Both the position numbers and the translations under genes were made by a program. This document shows positions 38,128-48,393 of a DNA stretch of 64,000 bases, in pieces. This stretch comes from Candidatus Enterousia sp. (lineage in GTDB: Bacteria; Pseudomonadota; Alphaproteobacteria; Rs-D84): NCBI GenBank assembly GCA_045613345.1, contig JAZLAT010000005.1, forward strand, positions 67,588 through 131,587, written 5' to 3'. Numbering within the stretch: the first letter of the stretch is position 1; each line of letters begins with the position of its first letter. The notes beneath the pieces were generated by a model. The model was not told the DNA's origin, made no database searches, and worked only from the letters and a program-made list of their open reading frames with translations.

Positions 38128-38202
38128 TTTTATACCTCTTGGTTATAATTACCCGCATATTATATACCAAAATATATTATTGTCAAGTTTTAATATAAAT
38201 TG

Positions 38203-38228
38203 TTGCAATCCCAAAAATATGGTATAAT
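38203..38228 (+). promoter_or_regulatory. Candidate extended -10 promoter for typA
   Basis: TGGTATAAT at 38220-38228. A TTGCAA at 38203-38208 has a short 14 nt spacer. Confidence 0.4.
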
Positions 38229-38259
38229 CTATGCTCTTAGGGCAAAAAAGGGCTATAAT

Positions 38260-40098
38260 ATGAAGATTCGTAATATTGCGATTATCGCGCACGTTGACCA
38301 CGGGAAAACAACCCTGGTTGATAATATGTTAAAACAGGCAGGAACTTTCCGCGAAAATGAGCGCGTCGAAGACCGCGTAATGGACAGTGGCGACATCGAA
38401 CGCGAACGCGGCATTACTATTTCGGCAAAGCCGACATCGGTCCTGTGGCATGATTATAAAATCAATATTGTTGATACGCCGGGACACGCGGACTTTGGTG
38501 GCGAAGTAGAACGTATTTTATCTATGGTTGATGGCGTGGTGCTGTTGGTGGACAGTGCCGAAGGTCCCCTGCCCCAGACTAAGTTTGTATTATCCAAAGC
38601 ATTGAAATTGGGGCTGCGTCCTATTGTTTGCATTAACAAAGTTGACCGCGGCGATGCGCGCCCAGACGAAGTATTGTCCGAAACATTTGACCTGTTTGAT
38701 AAATTGGGCGCAGACGATGCGCAATTGGATTTTCCATACCTTTACGCGGTTGGACGTGATGGTTGGGCGGTTCGCGATTTAAACGACGAACACAAAGATT
38801 TGACCCCGTTGTTCCAACTGATTGTTGACCATGTTCCGGCACCGGATTGTAATGGTTCACGTTGCCAATTGGATGCGCCTTTTACAATGCTGGCAACAAC
38901 TTTGGAATCAGACCCTTATGTCGGGCGCATCTTAACCGGAAAAATCGAATCGGGCACTGTGCGCGTTGGTCAATCAGTCAAGGCGATAAATATGCACGGC
39001 GAATTTATCGAAAATGCAAAAATCACAAAAATCATTGAACACCGCGGCATTGAAAAAGTGTCGCGCGAATCCGCGTCTGCGGGCGACATCGTCGTCTTGG
39101 CGGGGTTCAGCAAGGCAACCGTGGCGGACACATTATGTGCACCCGAAGTCACTGAACCAATTCCCGCAATGCCAATTGACCCACCAACACTTACCATGAC
39201 ATTTTTTGTGAACACATCACCATTGGCGGGAAAAAGCGGTAAAAAACTGACATCGCGTATGATTGGCGAAAGATTGTTCAAAGAGGCCGAAACTAATATT
39301 GCATTGCGCGTAACACAAAGCGAAAACAAAGAATCTTTCGAAGTTTCGGGACGTGGCGAATTACAATTGGGAATTTTAATTGAAACGATGCGCCGCGAAG
39401 GTTTTGAACTTTCGGTATCGCGTCCGCGCGTTGTTATGCAAACAGGCGAAAATGGCGAAACATTAGAACCCATCGAAGAAGTCGTTGTCGATGTCGATGA
39501 TGAATTCAGCGGCGTTGTTATCGAAAAAATGACAAAGCGCAAAGCGACCATTACCGAAATGAAATCGTCTGGTGGTGGTAAAACTCGTATTGTATTTTCG
39601 GCACCTTCACGCGGGCTGATTGGATACCTGTCGGAATTCCGCACAGACACACGTGGCACCGGTATTATGAATCGTGTATTTGATAAATACGATTTATATC
39701 GTGGTCCAATCAACCAATATCGTCCGGGCGTTTTGGTATCAATGGAAAATGGTGTAACCGCGACATATGCTCTGCACAATTTGGAACCACGCGGTGTGTT
39801 GTTTGTTGGGCCACAAACCGAAGTTTATTCTGGTATGATTATCGGCGAACACAGCAAAGAAAATGATCTGGAAGTCAACCCCATAAAAGGTAAAGAACTT
39901 ACCAATGTGCGCAGTGTCACCGCAGATGAAAAATTGTTCCTTGCACCACCACGCAAAATGTCCTTGGAAGAAGCGTTGTCATATATCCAAGATGACGAAT
40001 TGGTAGAGGTTACACCAGCAACAATTCGTCTGCGTAAAAAGGAACTGGACAGTGGCAAGCGTAAAAAACTTGCACGCGGGAAACCTGAAGAAATATAA
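38260..40098 (+). CDS. typA: Translational GTPase TypA/BipA
   Basis: 612 aa from the ATG at 38260 (MKIRNIAIIAHVDHGKTTLVD). G-domain motifs DTPGHADF and NKVD. Confidence 0.9.
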   Translation: MKIRNIAIIAHVDHGKTTLVDNMLKQAGTFRENERVEDRVMDSGDIERERGITISAKPTSVLWHDYKINIVDTPGHADFGGEVERILSMVDGVVLLVDSAEGPLPQTKFVLSKALKLGLRPIVCINKVDRGDARPDEVLSETFDLFDKLGADDAQLDFPYLYAVGRDGWAVRDLNDEHKDLTPLFQLIVDHVPAPDCNGSRCQLDAPFTMLATTLESDPYVGRILTGKIESGTVRVGQSVKAINMHGEFIENAKITKIIEHRGIEKVSRESASAGDIVVLAGFSKATVADTLCAPEVTEPIPAMPIDPPTLTMTFFVNTSPLAGKSGKKLTSRMIGERLFKEAETNIALRVTQSENKESFEVSGRGELQLGILIETMRREGFELSVSRPRVVMQTGENGETLEPIEEVVVDVDDEFSGVVIEKMTKRKATITEMKSSGGGKTRIVFSAPSRGLIGYLSEFRTDTRGTGIMNRVFDKYDLYRGPINQYRPGVLVSMENGVTATYALHNLEPRGVLFVGPQTEVYSGMIIGEHSKENDLEVNPIKGKELTNVRSVTADEKLFLAPPRKMSLEEALSYIQDDELVEVTPATIRLRKKELDSGKRKKLARGKPEEI

Positions 40099-40125
40099 AC
40101 CAACAAATGTTGGTTTTTATTTTTA
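40098..40125 (+). terminator. Rho-independent terminator after typA
   Basis: Stem AACCAAC / GTTGGTT with an AAAT loop, followed by TTTTATTTTTAT. Confidence 0.65.
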
Positions 40126-40128
40126 TAT

Positions 40129-40156
40129 TTGCGTGAACCAAAATATTTACTATAAT
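40129..40156 (+). promoter_or_regulatory. Candidate sigma70 promoter for the glycosyltransferase genes
   Basis: TTGCGT at 40129-40134, a 16 nt spacer, then TATAAT at 40151-40156. Confidence 0.45.
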
Positions 40157-40181
40157 CATACTGAAACCAAGGAATGATAAA

Positions 40182-41054
40182 ATGCAAGAACCATTAATGT
40201 CTGTGGTTGTTCCAATGTACAACGCACGCGATTTTATCCGCAAAAGTCTGGAACACCTTGTCCACCAAACTTATAAAAATTTGGAAATTATCATAGTAGA
40301 TGACGGAAGTACCGATAATTGCAGCGATATTATCAAAGAATATGCCAAACATGATGACCGCATTAAACTTATCACGCAAAAAAATGCAGGTGTATCGGCG
40401 GCATCTAATACAGGGATCAATGCCGCGACCGGCGATTATGTTTCTATTCACGATCATGACGATTTTGTAAATTTAGATTATTTTGAGAAAATGGCAAATG
40501 CCGCGATGACAACTGGTGCCGATATTTTGTGTGGCGAAGTAAACGAACCCGGATGGTCATTTCCACAATTTAAATCAATTGAAATTGCTACATCGTTGGC
40601 CGACCGCATAGGTATAACGCACGCAAATGGATTCAACTGCGCATGGCGTTATGCATATAAAACGGAATTTCTGCGTCGAACAAAATTGTTATTTGAAACC
40701 GCCGTATGGGGGGCTCAAGATGTAATATTTTCAAAATCCGCTATTATACTGGCTGATTCAGTGGCGACGGTTCCAGGCGCGATCTATAATGTCATCGATA
40801 AACCAACATCACTTGGGAAAGACAAAAAAAAGAAAAACGCACATAATACACCAGAAACCGCAAAAGCGTGGCAAAGATATCATGAATTATTAAATAAATA
40901 TGGTGCCACAGAATTAATCAATGCACCCGACAAACCGGAACAAGTTAATACATTTAAAATGTTCAATCGTGTTATATGCAAATGTGAAGTTTTTCCACGC
41001 AAGAAAAGATACTATATATTGGGGATAAATATCGGGACAAAACATATGGATTAA
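40182..41054 (+). CDS. Family 2 glycosyltransferase
   Basis: 290 aa with MSVVVPMYNARDFIRKSLEHLVHQTYKNLEIIIVDDGSTDN and a DHDD (DXD) motif. Confidence 0.8.
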   Translation: MQEPLMSVVVPMYNARDFIRKSLEHLVHQTYKNLEIIIVDDGSTDNCSDIIKEYAKHDDRIKLITQKNAGVSAASNTGINAATGDYVSIHDHDDFVNLDYFEKMANAAMTTGADILCGEVNEPGWSFPQFKSIEIATSLADRIGITHANGFNCAWRYAYKTEFLRRTKLLFETAVWGAQDVIFSKSAIILADSVATVPGAIYNVIDKPTSLGKDKKKKNAHNTPETAKAWQRYHELLNKYGATELINAPDKPEQVNTFKMFNRVICKCEVFPRKKRYYILGINIGTKHMD

Positions 41055-41057
41055 AAT

Positions 41058-41912
41058 ATGAATATAAAAGTAAAACGTCTTTTTTTGGTTGCAGCATATG
41101 ATCGCGATGGAATTGTTGATGATTCATTGATTTACTATACGCGAAAATTAAATCGATTTGGCGATATAATTTTATGTATGGATTGTGACGCACCAGAATC
41201 AGAACTAGAAAAATTAAAACCTTATTGCATGCATGTTATGGCAACCCGCCACGGCGAATATGATTTTGGTTCATATAAACGCGCATATCAATGGGCGCGC
41301 GACAACGGAATTTTGCGCGATTATATATGTGTATATTTAATAAATGATTCTGTGTATGGTCCGCTGTTTGATATGGATGACACATTTCGTAAAATGGAAT
41401 CAACACATACCAATGCCTCAAGTATCGTTATATCCAACCATCGTACACATTCCTTTATGGAATCTTGGTTTATAAAATTGGATAAAAAGATTTTCCTTAT
41501 GCCGTGGTTCGATGAATTTATATCTTCGGTCACCACCGAACCAAACAAAAATCAAATAACTATAAAATACGAACATAGATTAACCAATTTAATCAAGAAC
41601 AACGGTTGCAATGTTCGTGGACTTTACTTGGTACGCGGCAGATACACATATAATCACCCCAAAGAATTGACTATGCATGGATGTCCTTTTATTAAAAAAG
41701 CATCTTTTACGCGACACAACGGTGCGATTGGCAAACAATTAAAATATGTATTGGATAAAACAAATGTTATCACACGCACTGCGATTATGAATTCCGCGAA
41801 TCGTTTGTACGGGGTAAAATATATGAAATGGTTGCTGACATCGAACCCGTTTAAGATATTGATTCGCAACATTAAATACGCAACAAAAAAAATCAAGGAT
41901 GCTAAAATATGA
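41058..41912 (+). CDS. Polysaccharide biosynthesis protein, rhamnan-synthesis-F (RgpF)-like (tentative)
   Basis: 284 aa. AAYDRDGIVDDSLIYYTRKL, GEYDFGSYK and NDSVYGP resemble the RgpF family as I recall it. Confidence 0.5.
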   Translation: MNIKVKRLFLVAAYDRDGIVDDSLIYYTRKLNRFGDIILCMDCDAPESELEKLKPYCMHVMATRHGEYDFGSYKRAYQWARDNGILRDYICVYLINDSVYGPLFDMDDTFRKMESTHTNASSIVISNHRTHSFMESWFIKLDKKIFLMPWFDEFISSVTTEPNKNQITIKYEHRLTNLIKNNGCNVRGLYLVRGRYTYNHPKELTMHGCPFIKKASFTRHNGAIGKQLKYVLDKTNVITRTAIMNSANRLYGVKYMKWLLTSNPFKILIRNIKYATKKIKDAKI

Positions 41913-42739
41913 CAAAACGCATTGCCGCCATCACAATGGCGCGGAACGACGAATTCTTTGTATCTCGGTGGGTTGAATATTATGGTCATGAACTTGGTGT
42001 TGACAATCTTTACATCATATTGGATGGCACAGACCAAACCGAACCCAAAAATGCCGGCAATGCACACATTATAAAGTTACCGCATACCGACATGTCGCGT
42101 GCCGCGGGCGACAAATACAGAATCGGCAAGATAAATGAATTAGCGAACAAATTGTTCAAAAAATACGATATCGTTATCGGATGTGATTCTGATGAGTTTT
42201 TGATTGTGGACCCTGGCGTCGGGACGGGATTACGCGAATATTTATCAAATTTAAAATATAAAACGTGCGCCTCTGGTTTGGGATTTGATATCGGACAAAA
42301 TATGAACTATGAAAAAACATTAAATACAAAAAAAACATTTTTATCACAACGCGAATACGCACTGCTTTCGACACGATACACTAAACCTGTTATATTATTC
42401 AAACCCGCAAAATGGGGAAGCGGTTTTCATCATGTAAAATCTCATAATTTTCATATTGATAATAATTTATATCTTTTGCACTTTGGTGCCGTTGATATGG
42501 ACATGTTGATATCCAAGGCAGAAAAACGCGGTCCTGATTGGGTAAATCACCTTCGTCGTCGCGGCAACGGAACAATAAACACCGTAACAGCCAAACCCGC
42601 ACACAGTAATGTATACATCAAAATCGCACGAATCATGCAACGCATATTCCGACCATTTTACGCATGGAACAAGCCCGGAATGTTGGGCATAAAATGGGTT
42701 GTAAGAATTCCATCGAAATTCAAAAAATCCGGTGTATAG
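41909..42739 (+). CDS. Glycosyltransferase (GT2-like, Glyco_tranf_2_4 type; tentative)
   Basis: 276 aa with AAITMARNDEFFVSRWVEYYGHELGVDNLYIILDGTDQ and a DSDEF motif. Confidence 0.5.
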   Translation: MTKRIAAITMARNDEFFVSRWVEYYGHELGVDNLYIILDGTDQTEPKNAGNAHIIKLPHTDMSRAAGDKYRIGKINELANKLFKKYDIVIGCDSDEFLIVDPGVGTGLREYLSNLKYKTCASGLGFDIGQNMNYEKTLNTKKTFLSQREYALLSTRYTKPVILFKPAKWGSGFHHVKSHNFHIDNNLYLLHFGAVDMDMLISKAEKRGPDWVNHLRRRGNGTINTVTAKPAHSNVYIKIARIMQRIFRPFYAWNKPGMLGIKWVVRIPSKFKKSGV

Positions 42740-42745
42740 CGCGAT

Positions 42746-43759
42746 TTAGGCATTTATATATTTATAAATTTTTTCACGCAAATCATACCATTCATTTGGC
42801 ACATTATCCAAGACACCTTTATCACGCAAAGCACACAATAAACTACGCGCAGCATCAATATCAGATTTTTCGTTAAAAAAGCGAGTTTTATTAAAAATTC
42901 GATTTACAAAATGCCACATAAAATTTCCTTGCCATTTACGCATCTGGTAATCATTTGCAGATTTTTCATAAATGCTGTATGCATGAAAAACTCCTGTACA
43001 CAGCGATTGCATTATTTTCAATTGCTTTGCCGACAAAACAATTCCACCAAAATTTGGAATATAATAATACAGGGGCAAATTTATAATCGTGACGCGTGGA
43101 GATTTCAACATAACTTCACTCCACCATGGAAAATCTTCGAATAATATTCCCTTGATAAACGGTGTATCCGAAATTAAATCCCGACGATACAAGTGCTTCC
43201 AAACCTGACAATGTTTTACCAACCAACGATGATTTTTGTTACCGACATTATGCGCACTTTCCGTTGCGTATTCGAAAATATCATTTGTCACACGAGATTT
43301 AATTTTATCGATATTGTATTTCTTGTGAATACCCCACGGAACAATGTTATCAGTATTCATACCCAATTTATGCATGACCATCAAACGTGGACGATAAATT
43401 CGATCGTATGTAAAAGACACTATATCAGAATTATCTCGCACCGCCATACAGTATGCGATTTCCATTGTTTGGGGATGGATAAAATCGTCACTGTCAAGAT
43501 ACATTATATATTCACCCGTTGCATGTTCCATACCGACATTACGCGCATCCGACAAGCCGCCATTTTCTTTATTTATGACAACAAACCTTGAATCACGCGC
43601 AGCATATTCATCGGCAATTTCACGGGAATTATCAGGACTTCCATCATTTACACAAATCGCCTGCCAATCTTTAAAAGTTTGGTTAGCAACACTGTCCAAA
43701 CACCGCCGCAGGTATTTTTCAACATTATACATTGGAATAATTATCGAAATTTTTGGCAT
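42746..43759 (-). CDS. Family 2 glycosyltransferase (paralog 1, 337 aa)
   Basis: MPKISIIIPMYNVEKYLRRCLDSVANQTFKDWQAICVNDGSPDNS plus a DSDD motif. Confidence 0.8.
   Translation of the reverse strand: MPKISIIIPMYNVEKYLRRCLDSVANQTFKDWQAICVNDGSPDNSREIADEYAARDSRFVVINKENGGLSDARNVGMEHATGEYIMYLDSDDFIHPQTMEIAYCMAVRDNSDIVSFTYDRIYRPRLMVMHKLGMNTDNIVPWGIHKKYNIDKIKSRVTNDIFEYATESAHNVGNKNHRWLVKHCQVWKHLYRRDLISDTPFIKGILFEDFPWWSEVMLKSPRVTIINLPLYYYIPNFGGIVLSAKQLKIMQSLCTGVFHAYSIYEKSANDYQMRKWQGNFMWHFVNRIFNKTRFFNEKSDIDAARSLLCALRDKGVLDNVPNEWYDLREKIYKYINA
43581..43759 (-). repeat. About 180 nt high-identity segment shared with 44381-44552 (5' ends of the two GT2 paralogs)
   Basis: Aligned by eye. It contains exact runs of 21, 33 and 23 nt, for example TACACAAATCGCCTGCCAATCTTTAAAAGTTTG. 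Confidence 0.85.
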
Positions 43760-43766
43760 AAAAACA

Positions 43767-44552
43767 TCACCCCAAAGTTTGTATTTTTCGTAACAATTTG
43801 CGCCATCGCCACAATCTTGTCACGCCATTTTTTTTCGCAAAATTGCGTCTAAATTCTTTACCAATTTTATATTGCTGTTTAATTCGTGCATGATGTTCAG
43901 AATCTTTTCGATTTAATGCTGAACAAGAATTAAACATATAGTGATAATAAGTTCCGGCAACAAAAGCAATCGCATCAGACAGCCGAATAGCGTTTAAAAC
44001 GAACATGGCATCTTCTTGGGAAATCATATTCGTATCAAAAATCAAATCATTATCATTAATAAATCTTCGTTTAAACAAATACCGCCATACGTATCCATCG
44101 GTCAAAGCACATGTCTTACGCAATTTTTCCGACAATGTTGTTTGAACAGAATTTTTTGCGTATTTTAAATCACGCGAATATTTTGTATTTGTTACAAAAC
44201 CACTGCACACCATATCAGATTTATATTCACATGCAGCATCATACATTTTCTGGTAAAAGTCGACATCAATAAAATCATCTGCGTCCATAAAGTGAATATA
44301 TTCACCCCGCGCCATTTTAATTCCGTCGTTACGCGCCGCCGACACCCCGGCATTCTTTTTATGCACCACAACAAATCTTGAATCACGCGCAGCATATCCG
44401 GCGGCAATTTCGCCGGAATTATCAGGACTTCCGTCATCTACACAAATCGCCTGCCAATCTTTAAAAGTTTGATTTTGAACACTATCCAAACAACGCCTTA
44501 GGTATTTTTCAACATTATACATAGGAATAATTATTGAAATCTTTGGCGCCAT
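43767..44552 (-). CDS. Family 2 glycosyltransferase (paralog 2, 261 aa)
   Basis: MAPKISIIIPMYNVEKYLRRCLDSVQNQTFKDWQAICVDDGSPDNS plus a DADD motif. Confidence 0.8.
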   Translation of the reverse strand: MAPKISIIIPMYNVEKYLRRCLDSVQNQTFKDWQAICVDDGSPDNSGEIAAGYAARDSRFVVVHKKNAGVSAARNDGIKMARGEYIHFMDADDFIDVDFYQKMYDAACEYKSDMVCSGFVTNTKYSRDLKYAKNSVQTTLSEKLRKTCALTDGYVWRYLFKRRFINDNDLIFDTNMISQEDAMFVLNAIRLSDAIAFVAGTYYHYMFNSCSALNRKDSEHHARIKQQYKIGKEFRRNFAKKNGVTRLWRWRKLLRKIQTLG

Positions 44553-44561
44553 TTGATTCCC

Positions 44562-45461
44562 CTACATTTTATTTATCATCGCATCAGCAAAAGAACCCGG
44601 TATCGGATTTTCCGCCTGTTTATAAGTAGTCTTTTGAAAGAACGCACCCGCCGTAACGATTTTAAACAAATGCTCATCAAACGGTTTATCCGCATATTTC
44701 CACCACAGCGCATGCGTATCATCTTGGTCAACATGCGCCATAAGATTCATACGCTTGCGCGCACGCGGGTCATTCAAAACCAATGTCTTGAACAACAACT
44801 GGTGCATAAAGTAATCAAAACTGTGGTCTTCATGAGTCCAATAATCTAAAATCATCGCCCGCCAAGCATCAAGCAAGTATGCCCCCTTGCGCGCGCGAAT
44901 AAAGCAATTTTGAACATAACTGTATGGGCTGCCTACTGTGTCACCTGCAAGATACATAAAGAAATCTTGATCAACAATCCAATCGGGAATTGGTGCAGTC
45001 ACAAAACCAGTCGAATCTAACCAAAACCCACCATGTTCATACAACAATTCTACCCGGCAAATATCGGCAAAATGTGCATTTTTAATTTTACCTGCGCGAC
45101 GCTTTTCTATAATTTCGGGCGGCAAAGTTATATAATCAAAAACAGTCTTTTCATCTAAAACAATCAATTCTTGTTTACAATGGCGACGAACACTGCGGAA
45201 ACAGGCCTTGACCAATGGTGGTGCATTATCTTCGCCTTGCAACCATAACGAAAAAATTTTTTCATCCCTGTCATTTTTAACAACCTGACGTTCTTCAATT
45301 GCCGCCGCCGCAGGCAAATAGCGTTCAAAATATTTCGGTATTGCTTCTGCCAATATAGCGCTGCGGATTTGACGACGACGCGCACGCGGCCGCCAAAACC
45401 AGTTTAATATATGCGCCCGCCAAATAATATCAGCCAATGCAACAAATCTTTCTGAATTCAT
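44562..45461 (-). CDS. Capsular polysaccharide synthesis / DXD sugar-binding glycosyltransferase-like protein (tentative)
   Basis: 299 aa. IFSLWLQGEDNAPPLVKACFRSVRRHC and HFADICRVELLYEHGGFWLDST resemble Caps_synth / Gly_transf_sug families. Confidence 0.5.
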   Translation of the reverse strand: MNSERFVALADIIWRAHILNWFWRPRARRRQIRSAILAEAIPKYFERYLPAAAAIEERQVVKNDRDEKIFSLWLQGEDNAPPLVKACFRSVRRHCKQELIVLDEKTVFDYITLPPEIIEKRRAGKIKNAHFADICRVELLYEHGGFWLDSTGFVTAPIPDWIVDQDFFMYLAGDTVGSPYSYVQNCFIRARKGAYLLDAWRAMILDYWTHEDHSFDYFMHQLLFKTLVLNDPRARKRMNLMAHVDQDDTHALWWKYADKPFDEHLFKIVTAGAFFQKTTYKQAENPIPGSFADAMINKM

Positions 45462-45472
45462 ATTTTATACCT

Positions 45473-46546
45473 TTATTCTTCATCGTTATTTGATTCGACT
45501 TCGTCATCATCAATCGGCCCAGTTGTCATTTCTTCGGCAATACCATTTGCACGAGCCATAATCTTGTCCAACAATTCTTGTTGTGCTTCGGGATGGTCAC
45601 GCAACCAAGCACGCGCATTTGCCTCACCTTGACCGATTCGTTCATTGTTATATGAATAGAAACTTCCCGCTTTATCAATAAAGTCATATTTGACACCCAT
45701 ATCCAAAATCTCGCTTATACGGGAAATTCCTTCGCCATACATAATCTTGAAATCGACCGTACGGAACGGTGGCGCAACTTTATTTTTAACAACTTTGACA
45801 CGGGTTTCGTTTCCAATAACATTTTCTTTGTCTTTGATTGCACCAGTGCGGCGAATATCCAAACGCACCGAAGCATAGAATTTTAACGCGTTACCACCAC
45901 TTGTTGTTTCAGGATTACCGAACATAACACCAATTTTCATACGAATTTGGTTAATAAATATCAAAAGTGTATTGCTGCGCGAAACACTGCCCGCAAGTTT
46001 TTTCAATGACTGGCTCATCAGTCGTGCGGTTGTTCCAACGAAACTGTCACCGATGTTACCTTCTAATTCTGCCTTGGGTACCAATGCCGCCACAGAATCA
46101 ATAACCACGACATCAACCGCCCCAGACTTAATCAAAGTATCCGCAATTTCCAATGCCTGCTCGCCAGAATCAGGTTGTGATATAATAAGGTTTGCAACAT
46201 CAACGCCCAGCTTTTTTGCATAACTTGGGTCCAATGCATTTTCTGCATCAATATATGCACAAGTGCCACCTTTCTTTTGGGCTTCGGCAACGGCGTGCAA
46301 CGCCAATGTTGTCTTACCCGAACTTTCTGGTCCGTATATTTCGACAATACGACCGCGTGGATACCCACCAATACCCAAAGCAATATCCAAACCCAATGAC
46401 CCCGAAGATATCGCTTCGATATTCTGTTGAGAACCGTCGCCCATTTTCATAATTGCTTCTTTACCGAATTGTTTTTGAATTTGTGCCAATGCAGATTCTA
46501 ATGCTGGATTTTTGGCACCAGTATTTACAACTTCTTTCTTTGCCAT
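45473..46546 (-). CDS. recA: Recombinase RecA
   Basis: 357 aa with Walker [10 protein letters not shown], the [38 protein letters not shown] loop region and an acidic tail. Confidence 0.95.
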   Translation of the reverse strand: MAKKEVVNTGAKNPALESALAQIQKQFGKEAIMKMGDGSQQNIEAISSGSLGLDIALGIGGYPRGRIVEIYGPESSGKTTLALHAVAEAQKKGGTCAYIDAENALDPSYAKKLGVDVANLIISQPDSGEQALEIADTLIKSGAVDVVVIDSVAALVPKAELEGNIGDSFVGTTARLMSQSLKKLAGSVSRSNTLLIFINQIRMKIGVMFGNPETTSGGNALKFYASVRLDIRRTGAIKDKENVIGNETRVKVVKNKVAPPFRTVDFKIMYGEGISRISEILDMGVKYDFIDKAGSFYSYNNERIGQGEANARAWLRDHPEAQQELLDKIMARANGIAEEMTTGPIDDDEVESNNDEE

Positions 46547-46572
46547 AATTTGCCCCTTTTCTTGGTATAAAA

Positions 46573-46601
46573 ATCATACAAAGAAAAAAACAGATATGCA
46601 A
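46573..46601 (-). promoter_or_regulatory. Candidate sigma70 promoter for recA
   Basis: On the minus strand, TTGCAT (46601-46596), a 17 nt spacer, then TATGAT (46578-46573). I could not see an SOS box. Confidence 0.35.
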
Positions 46602-47786
46602 TTATTTTTTAGACAATAAAACCATAACACTTAATGCGCCAATTACAGCGGTCACAAACCAAACGGCGGATGTTGCACCAAATAATGTGATACAGCCTGC
46701 CCCAATTATTGGTGCAATAACACTTGGCAAATTTGCGCTTGTGCGGAAAACGCCATAAAATCGTGTTTGTTGGGACTTTTTTGCATTATCAAAGAACAAC
46801 AAATCGTGCACAGGTTCCATAAAAGCACCCGAAAATTGCCACAATACGAATATCGCCAACACCGGAAATCCGGTCGCAAACGCCGCCCATACCGAAAAAG
46901 CCGCAAAACTGCCGAAACCCAACACAAGCCAGATTTTTTTACCAAATCTTCGCACCAAGCGCCCCATAACTTCGGTCAAAACCAAATATGGAATAATACC
47001 CAAAGTCAAAACCAAACCCAGCGTGTCTTTGGAAAATCCATTTTCAATAACCACAATTGGCACATACAAATATCGCATCGCACGCAAAGAATAAAAACCA
47101 AAATTTACCGTATACGCACGCATCATACCCGGGGTTCGGAAAAAAGCCTTGGTATTTCGCCACAACGCACGAACGGTTGTCCGCGGACTGACCGGTTTAA
47201 TTTTTTTATCTTCTTGGGTTAAATGGAAATACTTAAAGAAAACCCATGCACCAAAATATATCGCCGAAGACAAGAAAAACGCGGAACGATTTCCGAATCG
47301 CGTCGCAACCCAAACCGCCAACATCGGCGCCAATAAAGCGCCCACATTTACCCATAAATGATACCGCGCATTTAACTTTGCCATACCTGCATCGCCCGAA
47401 AAATCAGACATAAAAAGTGGTATTAAAAGTGCGGTAAGTGTTATCGCAAAACCACTTGTATAGTCCAAGACAATAAACGTTCGCGGCAACACAGAAAAAC
47501 CCATCATCGCGTAACATGCAATCATGGTCAGCAACGCGAAATAGAAAACTTTGACCTTGGAAAATTGGCGAAAAATTTGATTTGCAAACAAGGCAACAAT
47601 CATACAGAACACAGAATAAATCGCGACATATATACCAACAATTGCAGAACTTTGGAATATACTTAATATAACCAAAGAATATACAGCATTATAAACACCA
47701 TCGGCAAACCCAGTAAAAATACCAAGGTTAGCAAAAGAAAAACCGTTAACCGAACCCCGCGCCGAAATATATTTGTCGCGTGCCAT
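46602..47786 (-). CDS. MFS transporter
   Basis: 394 aa with about 12 predicted hydrophobic helices in two halves. Substrate unknown. Confidence 0.6.
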   Translation of the reverse strand: MARDKYISARGSVNGFSFANLGIFTGFADGVYNAVYSLVILSIFQSSAIVGIYVAIYSVFCMIVALFANQIFRQFSKVKVFYFALLTMIACYAMMGFSVLPRTFIVLDYTSGFAITLTALLIPLFMSDFSGDAGMAKLNARYHLWVNVGALLAPMLAVWVATRFGNRSAFFLSSAIYFGAWVFFKYFHLTQEDKKIKPVSPRTTVRALWRNTKAFFRTPGMMRAYTVNFGFYSLRAMRYLYVPIVVIENGFSKDTLGLVLTLGIIPYLVLTEVMGRLVRRFGKKIWLVLGFGSFAAFSVWAAFATGFPVLAIFVLWQFSGAFMEPVHDLLFFDNAKKSQQTRFYGVFRTSANLPSVIAPIIGAGCITLFGATSAVWFVTAVIGALSVMVLLSKK

Positions 47787-47844
47787 ACTCTCTCCCCCAT
47801 AAATTGCACGGATATTATATCATAAAAAAGGAACAACCGCAAAA

Positions 47845-47870
47845 AGAAACGCACCATTCGGTGCGTTTCT
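47845..47870 (-). terminator. Rho-independent terminator after secB
   Basis: Perfect 11 bp stem AGAAACGCACC / GGTGCGTTTCT with an ATTC loop. T-rich tracts lie on both strands. Confidence 0.7.
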
Positions 47871-47871
47871 T

Positions 47872-48312
47872 TTATTTATTGTCTGGGGCTTTTTGATTAC
47901 GTTTTTCGTACAGGTCGGCGAAATCAACCACCTGCATAGCAAAAGGTGGAAATCCTGATTCTGCGGTCAAACGCGTAACCAGGCTACGTACCGCCGGGAA
48001 CAATAATGTCGGAACATCAATCAACAGTGTGCGTTTTTTCGCTTCTTCATCTTTTTCTTCTTCCATTTGAACCAATCCAGAATAAGTCGCCTCTATCAAA
48101 AAGATAGATTTAGAATCCGCTTTTAATTTAGAATGAATTTTTGTCACTAAATCAACCATATAAAGATTTTTTTCCGAACCTTTGACCTGCATATCAATAT
48201 TGATTTCTAATTCTGCCTGACCATTATCTTGCTTAAAGAATAAATCCGGCACATTTGGACTTTCAAAAGAGATATCTTTCAAGAATTGAGATATAATATT
48301 AAACTTCGCCAT
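47872..48312 (-). CDS. secB: Protein export chaperone SecB
   Basis: 146 aa with MAKFNIISQFLKDISFESPNVP and LLFPAVRSLVTRLTAESGFPP. Confidence 0.85.
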   Translation of the reverse strand: MAKFNIISQFLKDISFESPNVPDLFFKQDNGQAELEINIDMQVKGSEKNLYMVDLVTKIHSKLKADSKSIFLIEATYSGLVQMEEEKDEEAKKRTLLIDVPTLLFPAVRSLVTRLTAESGFPPFAMQVVDFADLYEKRNQKAPDNK

Positions 48313-48393
48313 GATAATTGCTCCTTTTTTTATGACTCGTTTTATGATAATATAGCATTAAAGAATTTTTTTACAAGTGGGGGGAACAAAAAA

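Noticed and set aside
38150-38195. A dif-like XerCD site (CGCATATTATATACCAAAATATATTATTG).
   Set aside because: It shares only a partial AT-rich resemblance to the CGCATAATGTATATTATG core, and the arms and 6 bp spacer do not fit.
46547-46610. An SOS (LexA) box upstream of recA.
   Set aside because: Neither the alphaproteobacterial GTTC-N7-GTTC-type direct repeat nor CTGT-N8-ACAG is present. Only a sigma70-like promoter could be drawn.
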